Made by a program: the position numbers and the translations under genes | Assembly: GCF_001194135.2 (NCBI RefSeq) | Contig: NC_069004.1 | Location: forward strand, 20,132,275-20,168,569 | Reading direction: 5' to 3' | DNA from: Octopus bimaculoides | Lineage: Eukaryota | DNA length: 36,295 nucleotides | Shown here: piece by piece, positions 1 to 11,664 of the stretch | How the letters are laid out: each line of letters opens with the position of its first letter | Position numbering within the stretch: the stretch's first letter is position 1 | The notes under the pieces: generated by a model | Told to the model about the DNA's origin: nothing | The model's input: only the letters and a program-made list of their open reading frames with translations | Database searches by the model: none

Positions 1-323
1 ACTTGTACCCACGGCATGTGTAAGGACTTTCAAGCGAGATCGTTGCCAGTGCTTCTGGACTGGCTCTTGTGCAGGTGGCACATAAAATACACCATTATGA
101 GCGTGGCCGTTGCCAGTACCGCCTGACTGGCCTTTGTGCCGGTGGCACGTAAAAAGCACCCACTACACTCTCTGAGTGGTTGGCATTAGGAAGGGCATCC
201 AGCTGTAGAAACTCTGCCAAATCAGATTGGAGCCTGGTGTAGCTATCTGGTTTCACCAATCCTCAGTCAAATCGTCCAACCCATGTTAGCATGGAAAATG
301 GACGTTAAACGACGATGATGATG
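1..323 (+). mobile_element. 3' tail of an RTE-type LINE or RTE-tailed SINE, cut by the window edge
   Basis: Contains GGTGGCACGTAAAAAGCACCCACTACACTCTC..GTTGGCATTAGGAAGGGCATCCAGCTGTAGAAAC and ends GGACGTTAAACGACGATGATGATG. The same tail follows an RTE C-terminal ORF at 33260-33422 and occurs inverted at ~30890-31070. Confidence 0.75.
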
Positions 324-341
324 TTACTTCCATGAAGCCCC

Positions 342-852
342 ATGTCCTTATTGGCAACAATCATAACAGGTAGTAGCAAAGGAGAAAATGTCTTGATTCC
401 AAAAATTCTTCTCATACCTACAGATGGTCCATTTGAATTTAAGAGGCTTCAGTTTCCAGTCAAACTAAGTTTTGGTATTTCAATTAACAAATCTCAGGGA
501 CAATCCCTCAAAGTAGTTGGACTTGATCTCTCTACTATGTAGTAGAGAGATCAAGTCCAACTACTTCTCCCATGGCCAACTTGATGTTGGTTGCTCACAA
601 GTTGGAAGCAGCAACAATTTATTCATTTGAACACCAACAAAAAACTACACAGTGAATATTGTTTACCCTGAGGTGCTTCAAGATTGACAGATTTTCAGTT
701 CTGAATTCTATTATCATTACAATTTGGATATTTTTCAATAAAATATAGCTATTTTGAAATAATTATGAGAAAAAATATATATCTTCATATTCATTGGTTA
801 CTGATCTGAATAAGAACAGCAATAACCTGGACAATGCTGGGTCATCAGCTAG
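342..852 (+). mobile_element. Helitron 3' fragment: PIF1-like helicase C-terminus pseudogene plus 3' terminus
   Basis: Translation IITGSSKGENVLIPKI..FEFKRLQFPVKLSFGISINKSQGQSLKVVGLDL, then after a frameshift YFSHGQLDVGCSQVG..NIVYPEVL. These match the Helitron helicase C-terminal motifs (INKSQGQSL, FSHGQLYV). The end has a degenerate hairpin ACCTGGACAATGCTGGGT (825-842) followed by CTAG (849-852) and T, the canonical Helitron 3' end. Confidence 0.9.
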
Positions 853-998
853 TTATCAATAATAACATGATTGTTGAGAGATTGATAAGGGCCCCTGTAT
901 TTTCTTTTTCCTTTCTCCTCTCCCCCACTAGCCAGTAGCATTTCTCCTATCATTCTCCTTCATTTATGATGTACAAAGGCATATATATTTAAATACAC

Positions 999-1232
999 AT
1001 AGCTTTATTAAGCTATACGTAAAAATAATCAGAAACAGGAATGTGTCGGTGTATTATTTCACTTCAATCAGCTACACTGTGAGGTAGAGTACGATGGGCC
1101 ATTTAAATCTTCAGACTCCTTTCTCCCCTAACCAGAAGTCCCTTCTATGCAGACTAGCTCAATAGCTAGCCTGCAGTGAAGGTCCCTGTCTACATTTCAT
1201 CTGTTATAAGTCCATGGGCAGTGTCATACACA
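999..1232 (-). repeat. 3' LTR of the Gypsy element
   Basis: Aligns with 4779-5014 (CTTCAATCAGCTACACT, AGCTCAATAGCTA, TTCATCTGTTATAAGTCCATGG), about 80% identity by eye; ends in CA on the plus strand. Confidence 0.85.
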
Positions 1233-1499
1233 TAGCTCCCTTCAGAACTGTTGACTAACATTGGAACCAGGAAGGTGTTTTTACCACCTGCTTGTGCATA
1301 CAGTTACTTGGCTCTTTGGTGACTGTTTGTTGTCAGGGGTTGGTGTGACTTGCCTAGGACGGTCTTTGTTTGGTGATTGAGCTACTTGAACGTGGCTGTA
1401 AACACCGAGACACGCTGGTTTCAGTCTGTCAGTGGAAACTGTGTTTTGTCATCTGCCAACCAAGAGTTGAAATGACTTGTCTCCTGGAAATGACTTGTT

Positions 1500-4130
1500 T
1501 CACTTCATATGGGCCATCATAGGGTGACTGAAGAGGTTTTTATCATGTGTCACAACAAACGAACACAAGTTTCACATTGTGGAGGTCATTTGGTACTAAT
1601 AACCTAGGTGTACCATGTGTTGACATGGACTAGGGTGTAACTGGCCCACACTGTTTCTCAGTTGCATATCTTTTGACATCTGGATCTGACTTTGTGTTTG
1701 AAATTAACTCCCCCAGAACCATAAGTGGTGCACTGTACACCAAATTTTGAGGTTTTCCTTTGGTGGGGTGCAGGTTCCCAGCATCATCCATGAAAGTTGA
1801 TCAATTTAGTTGGGCCCATCAAGTCTGGTTGTGAGGGATTCCTTCAAGCCATGATGAAATTTTTCCACTAAGCTGTTGGTCTGGGGATGGTAGACTGTTG
1901 TGTGTTTCATTGTGATGCCAAAAAGTTCACATCATTCCACAGCTTCGACGTGAACGGAGGTCCACGATTGGATGAAATGCTGTCTGGAACACTGAAACAG
2001 GTGACCCAGTTTGTGATGAAGGCACAGGTAATTTCCTGTGTTTTCATGCTGCAGAGAAGTATAGCCTCAAGCCAAAAGTGAAGCAGTCTACTAAGGTTAG
2101 TACGGATGAGAGACCTTGTGAAGGTGGTAGGGGGCCAACGAGGTCAATGTTGATGTGGCTGAAATGGGCTGTTGGGGTTCATTGCAGCCAAGAGATGCTT
2201 TGGTATGCTGATGTATTTTGGCTTGTTGACAGGGGATACACATTTTGGTCCACTCCCCAATTTGCTTGACTATACCATGCCAGATGAATTTACTTGATAT
2301 CAGGCACCATGTGGCTCTCGTACCCAGGTGGGAGAGCCCATGAACAATATCAAAAACTTTCCAGCACCAGGCTAATGGGTCATGGTTTTCCAGTGGATAC
2401 ATTGCAAAGTAGGGTTGTTCCATTGGAGTCAAAGTGCATGTCCTGCAAGGAAAGGGAGGTGATGTGGTGTGGTAGGCCCTGATTTCATCATCTGCTTGTT
2501 GGACTGCAGTCATAGCCTCATAATCAAGACCTTCTGTTATTGAAGCTATGTAGGTGTCAGAGTAGGTAGGGGCTCTGGTGATTGCATTAGCGACTAGGTT
2601 GCTTTTTCCAGTTATATGTTGAATGTCTGTAGTGTACTCAGAAATGACTAATAATCATCAATGCTGACATGTAGACCATGGCTCTGACAGCTTGCTCATA
2701 GCAAAGATGGCAGACACCTAGCAGTTCCCTATCAAAAGCATATTTCTGTTCAGGTGGCCACAGTTGTCAACTGAAGAAGGCTACAGGTTGCCACTGGTCA
2801 TTGATGTATTGTTCCAAAACATCTCCAATGGTTGTCGGAGGTATTGACTGTGAGTGAAGTCAATACTAACATATGAGGATGGCAAAGCACAGTTGCTTTA
2901 ATAAGAGCTTCTTTTGTAGATTTGAAAGCTAAGGTCATTGCACTGTCCCACTTCATTTGTCTCCTCATCAGTCTTGCTGTGGAGGGGATGAAACGATGAT
3001 AACAGTTTACCATGCCCACAAATTGGTGCACAGCTTTGCTTGTGGCAGGACAAAGAAAGGGCAGGATAGCTTTCACTTTTTGTGGCAGGGTTGTAGCACT
3101 GGCACCTGTGATTTGTTGTCCTAGGAAGTCAATTTCCTTAACACAAAAGACACGATTACCACACCATATTGTTCAAGTCTATCAAAAAGGGTCATTAGAT
3201 GCTTCTTATGTAACTCTGCATTTTGGCTTGCAATAAGGATGTCATCTAGGTATGCAAAGACAAAATGAAGACCCATGCCCACAGTGTCCATCAAGCGTTG
3301 GAAGGATTGTGGTGCATTTTTTAGGCCAAAAGGTGCATGTAGAAATTTGTACAGCAGAAAAGGAGTGATCACAGCAGCTTTAGGTAGATTGTCATCTGGT
3401 ACTGGAATTTGATGGTAACCTCAGATGAGGTCAACCTTCAAGAAAATTGAGCACCCAGCTATCTGGGTTGAGAATTCCTGCATATGCAGAATGAGGTAGC
3501 AATTGGGTGTTGTGTTTGCATGAGACAGCCATAATCTTTGCAAGGCTGCCAACCTCCATTGGGTTTTGATGCTATGTGTAGAGGAGACAACCAAGGACTG
3601 CTTGATTGGCAAACAATGCCCAAAGCTTCCATATTGTCAAACTCAGCCCTCGCAATAACAAGTGCACTGGAGGATTGGTAGAGGGGAGGTGATGTTTCAC
3701 TCCATAGCAGGTTGTGGGTTTTGAGAATGTCAGGGTAGTGAGATTCAGGTGGCTCACAATGATATTCAAGAATTCATTGTCAGTCTGAGAGATGGCTGCA
3801 ATGTGAGGAACAGCATGTGCAGATGCTGCAAGAGAAACAGTGGTATAAGTATTGCTGTTAATGAGTCCTGAAGATCAACCAGCAGTGTGTGCGCTCAAAG
3901 AAAGTCTGCTCCGATAATGGGCTGATAGACATCAGCAACAGTGAATGCCCATGTGTATGCTTGTGAGCATACACGTGAAGGAGAGAATGTGACTGTATGC
4001 TTTGATTGTGGAGCCATTGGCGGCATTAAAGTTGGCCTTGCCGATGCTGGAATTATGCTGATTTCTGCTCTTGTATCGATTAGGAATCTTTGTCCAGAGC
4101 TCCAATCGTGGACATACAGGAGCAGTTGAT
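1500..4130 (-). pseudogene. pol: Gypsy pol remnant (protease, RT, RNase H, integrase)
   Basis: Protease RFLIDTRAEISII (DTG mutated) and QPIIGADFL at ~3900-4110; RT PFGLKNAPQSFQRLMD..FAYLDDILIAS (3121-3372); FVGMVNCYHRFIP (2798-3076); integrase zinc finger HGLSHLGTRAT..CIPCQQAK (2097-2513). Many stops and frameshifts. Confidence 0.92.
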
Positions 4131-4399
4131 CATGTTTGCTGGCCAGCCTTGGAGTTTCTCAGGACCAATGGCAAAAGGCTCTTAAAGCTACATGGTTGTT
4201 TACATTTGGTAGCCTTTTTTCCAAACTTCATGTGATAGAAACACAGATCATCTCATCTAACTTTACCATGTCTCAGAGATGACCTTATGGTGTTGATTGT
4301 AACCCCACTAGGCAAAAATTGCTTGTCAGCCACTTTCGCTAACTACCATAGGTCTTTGGTCTGAGTTATGAGAGGCTGGACCTAGGGTGGCAATTTACA

Positions 4400-4746
4400 G
4401 ATGGATAACCATGCCAAACAAAAAAGGGGACTCACAGGGGGGGCACTAATGCCAGCATCCTATCCATATGCTCGGAAGGCTTGGGGTTGCCTAATTCTTC
4501 TACATCCAAATCCTGACTGTCACTAGGCCAGAATGTCTCCACAAATTTCTCTTTCAGAGTGGCATATCTGTGAGTAGCTGGTGGTTGAGTTAGGATGTCT
4601 AGCACCCTTGTTGCTGTATCCTCATCCACTGCTGCTGTATCATACAAATACTTCGTGATTTTCCTTATGTTGATTTGGGCTTCAACCTGTGCAAAACATA
4701 TCTTGGCCTACTTTGACCAGAATTGTGGGAGCTTCACTGCAGTCAT
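4400..4746 (-). pseudogene. gag: Gypsy gag remnant
   Basis: MTAVKLPQFWSK*AKICFAQVEAQI..KY..AVDEDTATRVLDILTQPPATHRYATLKEK matches the common Gypsy Gag N-terminus (KLPxFW..WFxQxEAQF); contains stops. Confidence 0.85.
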
Positions 4747-4778
4747 GTTGAGTGTATTCTATTTCAGAGTCACTACTT

Positions 4779-5014
4779 TTAGCTTTGTTAAGCTATAAAA
4801 ATAATCAAAAACAAGAGTATGTTGGTGTATTGTTTATTTTGCTTCAATCAGCTACACTCCAAGGAAGAGTACAATTGGGCATTTAAATACCCAGACCCCT
4901 TTCCTGCCTAACTGGAAGTCACTTCTCTGTGGAGCAGCTCAATAGCTATCCTGCAGTTAAGGTCCTTGTTTACGGTTCATCTGTTATAAGTCCATGGACA
5001 ATGCCCGACTCACA
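4779..5014 (-). repeat. 5' LTR of the Gypsy element
   Basis: Direct repeat of 999-1232, adjacent to the PBS-like motif and the gag start. Confidence 0.85.
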
Positions 5015-5061
5015 TATTCATGTGTATATGTATATGTAATATAGATATATGTATATGTTGT

Positions 5062-5155
5062 GCAGGCACTTTGAGCAAGTATCTTCTACTGTAGCCTCAG
5101 GCCAACCAGTGCCTTCTTTGTGGATTTAGTAGATGAAAACTGAAAGAATATCATC
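5062..5155 (+). mobile_element. 5'-truncated tRNA-derived SINE body
   Basis: GCACTTTGAGCAAGTATCTTCTACTGTAGCCTCAGGCCAACC..GTGGATTTAGTAGATGAAAACTGAAAGAA is homologous to the SINE body at 9240-9330, 24589-24640 and 30727-30810 (opposite strand). Confidence 0.7.
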
Positions 5156-5177
5156 ATGTGTGTGTGTGTGTGTGCGT

Positions 5178-5260
5178 GTGTGGCCTAGTGGTTATGCTAT
5201 TCCACTCACAATCACTAGACTGTGGGTTTAATTCCCAGATTGGGTGGAACTTTGCATTCT
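5178..5260 (+). mobile_element. Degenerate tRNA-like SINE head
   Basis: A-box-like TGGCCTAGTGG (5181-5191) and B-box-like GGTTTAATTCC (5225-5235); no cloverleaf. Confidence 0.5.
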
Positions 5261-5289
5261 TTTGCAAATCTACCAGATAGATGGAAGAG

Positions 5290-5401
5290 CATTGTAGAAA
5301 ATGAAGGAGAGTATAATTTAGATTAAAAAAGAACTTTATTTATGATAAGTTTGAAAAATAAAAGAAGTATAAAAAAATCACATTATTTATGGGATGACCC
5401 A
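5290..5401. mobile_element. Probable Tc1/mariner-type terminal fragment (single TIR)
   Basis: Ends ATTATTTATGGGATGACCCAA immediately followed by TATA, resembling a mariner TIR plus TA target. The partner TIR was not found; the family call is from recall. Confidence 0.35.
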
Positions 5402-5486
5402 ATATATATATATTAACAATATTAAAAATAAGGATTACTCCAAAGTAGCAATAGCATTACCCTTAATTGTATAATTATCTACTGCC

Positions 5487-5546
5487 TTATATACATGTTT
5501 CAATTGCAACCCTACTATAAAGCAGTGCGGTCTCTTCAGGGTCTTA
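5487..5546 (-). ncRNA. Degenerate type I hammerhead ribozyme-like motif
   Basis: Minus strand reads GACC-CTGAAGA-G..stem II..T-GAAAC-ATGT-A: conserved core boxes, a palindromic minimal stem III (ACATGT) and a GUA cleavage triplet. Stem I does not pair in this copy. Confidence 0.55.
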
Positions 5547-5718
5547 AATTGATATCCCTTGGTATGGCCGTTTAATGATTTTCTTTTATAAACTCTGTGT
5601 TGTATAATTTAGAGCTGTCCATTAAGTCAGATGTGAACAATCTCTATTTCAAGTTTTTATTGGATAATCATTTTCAGTTCATTATTTCAAAACCTTGTAT
5701 AGTTTAAATGATAATTAT

Positions 5719-6108
5719 TCATTTATACTTCACAAATGTAAATTTCCTCATGTGCAAGCATCTCAATGCTTGCTCCTGTCTAGAATTTATTATATTACCC
5801 TTGGATGTGAAAATCCTGTAAAATACTTCTAAACATAGGTCACATCTATTGGTTCCAGGTCTGTATGGTTTTGCAGTACAAATTAATTCCCATTTAATCG
5901 TATAGTTCTTGTTACATTCCTTAAAAGACCAGATTAATTTGCTAGGACTTGTTTGGAACCTTTTATTTTTGTCTTTAAATGAACTTAAATGATTTGCCAG
6001 TCTCCTCTTGAAAATTAATAATGTCCCACCGATGTAAAATAATTCCTTATCCTCAGATATAATTATACATCTATATATAACATTTTTAATTTTACACTTA
6101 TTTTTCAC
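5719..6108 (-). pseudogene. GIY-YIG endonuclease of the Penelope-like element
   Basis: 129-codon open frame with YIG, the conserved Arg (KRR) and the CDLC motif; the upstream RT core is absent, so the element is non-autonomous. Confidence 0.85.
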
Positions 6109-7049
6109 ATAATAAGGTTCCTGTTTAGAACAATTGTAAAGACCAACTTTTATATTTCCCTCAGATTTAATTTCATTGTAGAATTAAACTCATTTCCACC
6201 AAGTTCTTTATTACTATTTACTCCTTTAGATAACGTTATCTCTGTTCTATTTCTAGCTGAATTTTATTCAATTTGTCATTATTATTTATGTTAAATTGAG
6301 TTGTTTCCCTTCCCACGACATTTAATTTCTTAGCATTCCTTTCTATTTGAATTTCTTTATTCCATTTGATGTTATTATGCTTCGAATTTATTATGCTATT
6401 TTGATTGTAATGACTTTTATGAAATTTCAATATTATATTAACATTATGTGCTGCTATAATTTGTGCAATATTATGGCTAAGACAATAACCTGATCTAATC
6501 TTATGTCGATTAAAAATTTTGTAATATTTATGGTTTCTTGAAAAATATTTTTCAATTGCTATATTAAACAATTTGGAAAAATTGTAATCGACCCATTTAC
6601 CAAATGGAACAATTAACCATAAAGTATTCTTTTTGAGTTAAGATCATAATTTTGACATTTATTACCCGTTTTTCAAAGAAGTAAGTATTCTCTGATTTCA
6701 ATCCATTTTAAAGTTAGCATTTATTTTACTTTTATTTTTATTTTTATCTTTAAATCTTTTAGCCGATCCTATATTAAAAGAATTTGAGATTTTATTAGAG
6801 AACACTACATCTTCATTTCCATTAGCAGTATGAATGAAGTTAATTATAGGGCCGGTCATAAAGTGACCAAAAGTAATTATTTCTAAACCTACATGGTACA
6901 ATATAGATACATAAAAACAAAAACATTTCAAGAGGAATAAGTTAGGGAATTTATAAGTACATTCTTACCATAAAAGATGTTGACTGCTGGGGGTGGGGGT
7001 GGGGGTGAGCATTACTAGAAGAATGAGGGAGAATATTTACTATATCTTA

Positions 7050-8460
7050 TAGTTCATTATCATGAACATCGGCTTGACGGGTGAAAAACTTATCCAAAGT
7101 TGTCTGTTGTTTATGACAGATCATCTCTTTGTAAAGCTGAGTATAGAAATTGAGGTCATTGCAAATTTCTCTTGTAAATTTTATGTTACATTCATGATTA
7201 GGATCATTATCAGCAAAAACATGCAGACCTTTCTCTATAAGTGCCAACCCCTTAACAATAATTTTTATTGTCAATTTAAGTGGTGTAGGTGGAACTCCCA
7301 TTGTCTCATCTGTATTCTCAGTTTGTTCTTTTTCTTAGCATCAGCTCCTCCTAAGATAAACTTTTTCTCCGAGACACTAGCAATTCAATCACATTGTCCT
7401 TTATAACTTCTCCAAATCCTACATCTTTTGCAAGTGTTACAATATCTTTCCGAATTTGATATAGACTTCCTACTTGAGTGAAACTTCTAATGTCACAGAA
7501 ACAGTCTGGCCATATGTTTCTAAGCATTATTCAAAGTTGAAGGTTTCACTTCATCCCATGATTCAGCATTACATCCCTGTCAATTGCTTTCATAAGTTGT
7601 TTGATAGTTCTCATATAACATGCCTTGAAGTTAAAGTTCTCTGGGTGGCTCAGTGCATTGTCTAAAAGAAACAATGCTTTGTTGGAAATGTTATGTCTGG
7701 CACTGTACCTTTCTACATCAGGACAAAAAAATTTGTAAACAACTCTTTGCAAAGGCTCTTAGTTATCTGTGCCTTTTTATTTGAATGCCAAATCAGAAGT
7801 AGATTAAACTTTGTGTAACCCTTGAAAGCATTTAGATTTTTGAAGTGATATAAGAGTAGGGGCCTCAATTTCATATCACCAGTGGCATTTCATCCCAAAG
7901 GAAGTGCAGACAATTTTTAGAAGCTTTTCCTAGTGTTGATTTGTCTTCTCAAGAAATAAAAGTTCTAGCAAGCATACACTTTCAGAAGAGTGCAGTCTCG
8001 TCAACATTGTATACTTGCTCTGATGTGTAGCCCCCTTCAGGAATCATTTTCTTCAATTAATAGCAGCCTCTCTATCAATGCTCACAGTTTCACTAGTCAT
8101 TTTCATGTTGTAAACCAGCTTTTACTAGCAAATCGTCATATAATCTTTAGGTTCTTTTTTTGAATTCCTATCGTGCTTATCAGCACATTACACTGATTCA
8201 GATCCTCGGTCCAAACACTCAAGTATCATTCCATTTTAAGAATTACATTAAATCTGTGGAAAAATAAGATCCAGATAGTTAATGGAGTAGCTTCTTGAGT
8301 ACTTGACATAATTTTCTCTCTGTTGTCACTATAAACGTTGCAAGATTTAATGCTTTGGTACACTTTACTTCTGCATCAAGTCTATTTAAAACATCAAGGT
8401 TTAATATCCAGTGTAATCCATTTACAGTTCGTTTTTGCACTACTGCTTTCAGTTCTTAAT
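7050..8460 (-). mobile_element. Tigger/pogo-type (Tc1/mariner superfamily) transposase relic
   Basis: Minus-strand fragments: LDVLNRLD (psq-type HTH), MERYLSVWTEDLNQ (CENP-B HTH), EQVYNVDETALF*K (first catalytic D), ALFLLDNALSHP (second D), and C-terminal FADNDPN..YKEMICHKQQTTLDKFF. Confidence 0.88.
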
Positions 8461-9004
8461 TTGAAAACAAATCCAATAGCAGTGGCAATTATCTACAACA
8501 AATATTTAGTAAAAACCTTGGCCCAGGAAAGATTTGCTTTATGAGAGCAGGAAATTGTCTTGTTCTTATAAACATTAATAAGGAAAATGAGATGAAAGGT
8601 GTAGTTAGCTGAGGAGTCACCAGATCTTATAGGCAATTCACCCCTTGCACTTCTGACTCAACACACAGAGACTCATGCACCTGTGTTGGAGTGTTAGTGT
8701 AAATGCTGACATTTATTGTAGCCAGTTGGATTCAAAAGTTGGTGGGTTGATAGTGGTGATGATGTGGGTTCCATTGGTTTAAATACATGTGATGGTGGGT
8801 AGGTATTGTTGGTGGTGTAGTAACCATATTGTTTTCGCTAATTGTATTGTTGTGACTGTTTAGTCTGAAGCCATTCCTCAAAATATACTTGGATATCACA
8901 TATAGTTTTATTTGAAAGGAATTTGCTTATCTATTTCATATAGATATTACTGTTGCTGTTGAAGATAGAAACACACATGTACGTTTACATACATACATAC
9001 ATAT

Positions 9005-9392
9005 ATATCTTTTATCTTCTATCTCTTACTTGTTTCAGGGATTAGACTGTGGCCATGGTGGGGCACCACCTCAGGGAAGTTTTAGTCGAATGAATTGACC
9101 CCAGTACTTATTATTTTAAGCCTGGTACTTATTCTATTGGTGTCTTGTGTCAACTACTAAGTTACAGGGATATAAACACACCAGCACCGATTGTCAAGCA
9201 GTGGTGGGGGACAAACACGGACACAGATATATATTTGATGGGTATCTTTCAGTTTCCGTCTACCAAAACCCACTCACAAGGCTTTTGTCAGCCTGAGACT
9301 ATAGAAGATATTTCCCCAAGGTGCCATGCAATGGGACTGAACCTGGAACCATGAAGTTGAGAAGCAAGCTTCTTGCCACAGCCACACCTGAG
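9005..9392 (-). mobile_element. Near full-length tRNA-derived SINE
   Basis: Minus strand: head with B-box GGTTCAGTCCC, body GGCACCTTGGGG..TTGTGAGTGGGTTTTGGTAGACGGAAACTGAAAGA, tail TTGACAATCGGTGCTGGTGTG..TAAGTACTGGGGTCAATTCATTCGACTAAA..GAAACAAGTAAGAGA. The head and body are shared with 24589-24700 and 30727-30884, the tail with 28615-28822. Confidence 0.85.
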
Positions 9393-9475
9393 TGTGCATG
9401 TGTGTATACACACACACACACATGCACATACACACACATATACATACATACATACATTATGTACATTATATATAC

Positions 9476-9477
<2 letters not shown>

Positions 9478-9517
<40 letters not shown>
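9478..9517. repeat. (TA)n microsatellite within a (CA)/(TG)-rich tract
   Basis: Directly visible dinucleotide run. Confidence 0.95.
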
Positions 9518-9527
<10 letters not shown>

Positions 9528-9559
9528 CAGGTCACGTATGAAGCTCTCTTAAGTTGCTA

Positions 9560-10317
9560 CTGGTAACATGTAATCCAGTACAACCTGCTGCATGGTCGGG
9601 TTGCCAGCGACTGAACTGGCACCTCCACCAGGCTACCCTGGTGAGAAGGGTTGCTAAAAACCCAGCAGGATTAAAAACAAGACCTGCTGAAAGGTCGGAT
9701 GAACCTTGTGCAGGCTCAACGGCTATCTAGCAATAGCACAGGTACACAGAAATTTCTGGGATGGTGTCCAGCATGCTGAAAGACCACTAGGAGAAGGTCA
9801 CTCTGATATAAAACCAAATATGCAGGGAATGGCATTGGACATTTTGGGGATCTCTGGTTTGTGCTAGAGATCATGGTGCTCCCATATCCCTGAGCCTGTG
9901 ACTCATATTGGCACCAGACATCTTGCTTCGGCTTGTCTCTGGATAATGTCAATAAAATAGAGAGGGTCTATGAGGTGTTGTGCAAGCCTCATTGGACCTA
10001 AAACTCAGCACAGGCTTTGCCGACCTCTACTTTTTTTTTTCCCCCTATATATATATTTATCTTATTTTTAGCATATATTTATCTTATTTTTAGTATATAT
10101 TTTCTTCATTTTTAGTATATATTTTTATTTTTGCTTTTATTCGGAAGTCCTGCAGCGATGGGAAGGTGGTGAAGCATACAGACCTGATGGGTTGGAAGCA
10201 TGTAGTCAGAGACCTGTACGCAGGTGGCCCATGCTAGATATAAAGTCGTCTCCTTGTCGCCCAAGACAGCGGTAGGATTCGGTTGCTGCATGGGTGTCTG
10301 AGCAGCTCCATTTAGAN
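9560..10317 (+). mobile_element. Probable RTE LINE 5' UTR-type sequence, interrupted by an AT-rich stretch
   Basis: GC-richer non-coding sequence directly upstream (across a gap) of the RTE endonuclease frame; no independent motif, so linkage is inferred. Confidence 0.35.
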
Positions 10318-10691
10318 NNNNNNNNNNNNNNNNNNNNNNNNNNNNNNNNNNNNNNNNNNNNNNNNNNNNNNNNNNNNNNNNNNNNNNNNNNNNNNNNNNN
10401 NNNNNNNNNNNNNNNNNNNNNNNNNNNNNNNNNNNNNNNNNNNNNNNNNNNNNNNNNNNNNNNNNNNNNNNNNNNNNNNNNNNNNNNNNNNNNNNNNNNN
10501 NNNNNNNNNNNNNNNNNNNNNNNNNNNNNNNNNNNNNNNNNNNNNNNNNNNNNNNNNNNNNNNNNNNNNNNNNNNNNNNNNNNNNNNNNNNNNNNNNNNN
10601 NNNNNNNNNNNNNNNNNNNNNNNNNNNNNNNNNNNNNNNNNNNNNNNNNNNNNNNNNNNNNNNNNNNNNNNNNNNNNNNNNNNNNNNNNNN

Positions 10692-11553
10692 CTCATATCG
10701 AAGGTGATGGTCAGCTTGAGGAAGTAGGAGGTGGATACACCATTTTTTGGAAAGGAAGGCAGAAGGAGGAGCGCAGAGAGGCTGGTGTTGGTTTAGCAGT
10801 CCGATCTGATATCCTTAAGAAGTTGGAAGAGCTCCCTGTTCCTATAAATGAACGTATAATGATGCTACGGTTGCACTTGAAAGGTAAGCGGTTTGCTACT
10901 CTAATAAGTGCCTATGCACCTACTTTGACTAGCTGTGATGAAGATAAAACAATCTTTTATACCCAGCTGAGAGCCATACTTAGAAAAATCCCTAGTTCTG
11001 ATAAAGTCATTCTACAGGGGAATTTTAATGCCAGAGTTGGAACAGACTGGCAAACATGGAACTCTCTAGGACGTTTTGGAGTAGGGAAAATGAATAGCAA
11101 TGGTCTCATGCTACTGGAGCTTTGCGAAGAACATGGACTTTACATCGCAAGCACTCATTTTATGCACAAAGGTGATCACACAACAATATGGATGCATCCA
11201 AGGTCCAAAGTTTGGCACTTGCTGGATTATGTTATCATCTGCAAGTGCAACATCTATGACATTTGTAATGTCAAATCCTTTCATGGATTGGAATGCTGGA
11301 CAGACCACAGTCTGGTGCGAGCAAAGTTCCGAATGGTAATTAGAGTAAAAGAGAGAAGAGGACCAGTCAGCATTCCTCGCCGTCTAAATGTCCACAAGGT
11401 ATATGATGTTGTGGTTACGAAAGAACTTCAAACTCGCTTGTCCAGCATTGAAACTGCTGCAGCATCGGAGGATTTTCAAGACCAGGTTATACAATGTGCA
11501 GCTGAAACACTGGGATATGTTACTGCCAGACACTGAGACTGGTTTGATGAGAA
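10692..11553 (+). pseudogene. RTE-clade (BovB-like) LINE apurinic endonuclease domain, truncated
   Basis: HIEGDGQLEEVGGGYTIFWKG..GVGLAV..INERIMMLRL..TLISAYAPTL..VILQGNFNARVG..NSNGLMLLELC..TIWMHPRSKVWHLLDYVI..CWTDHSLV. All are classic RTE endonuclease motifs; the catalytic GDFN reads GNFN. Confidence 0.92.
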
Positions 11554-11664
11554 NNNNNNNNNNNNNNNNNNNNNNNNNNNNNNNNNNNNNNNNNNNNNNN
11601 NNNNNNNNNNNNNNNNNNNNNNNNNNNNNNNNNNNNNNNNNNNNNNNNNNNNNGGAATCTCTAT

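Larger units (their letters stand above)
999..5014 (-). mobile_element. Ty3/Gypsy LTR retrotransposon, degenerate, both LTRs present
   Basis: Direct terminal repeats of ~235 bp flank gag-PR-RT-RH-IN remnants in Gypsy order on the minus strand. PBS-like AGTAGTGACTCTG lies next to the 5' LTR (~4763-4775) and a PPT-like GAAGGGAG next to the 3' LTR (~1236-1243). Confidence 0.92.
5440..6950 (-). mobile_element. Penelope-like retroelement, 5'-truncated (RT thumb region, GIY-YIG endonuclease, 3' region)
   Basis: 5719-6108 encodes IIYRC..FYIGGT..FKRRLANHLSSF..SKLIW..CTAKPYRPGTNRCDLCLE, a GIY-YIG domain with the PLE-type CxLC tail. 6236-6660 encodes LIVPFGKWVDYNFSKLFNIAIEKYFSRNHKYYKIFNRHKIRSGY..QIIAAHN, typical of the PLE post-RT region. 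Confidence 0.88.
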
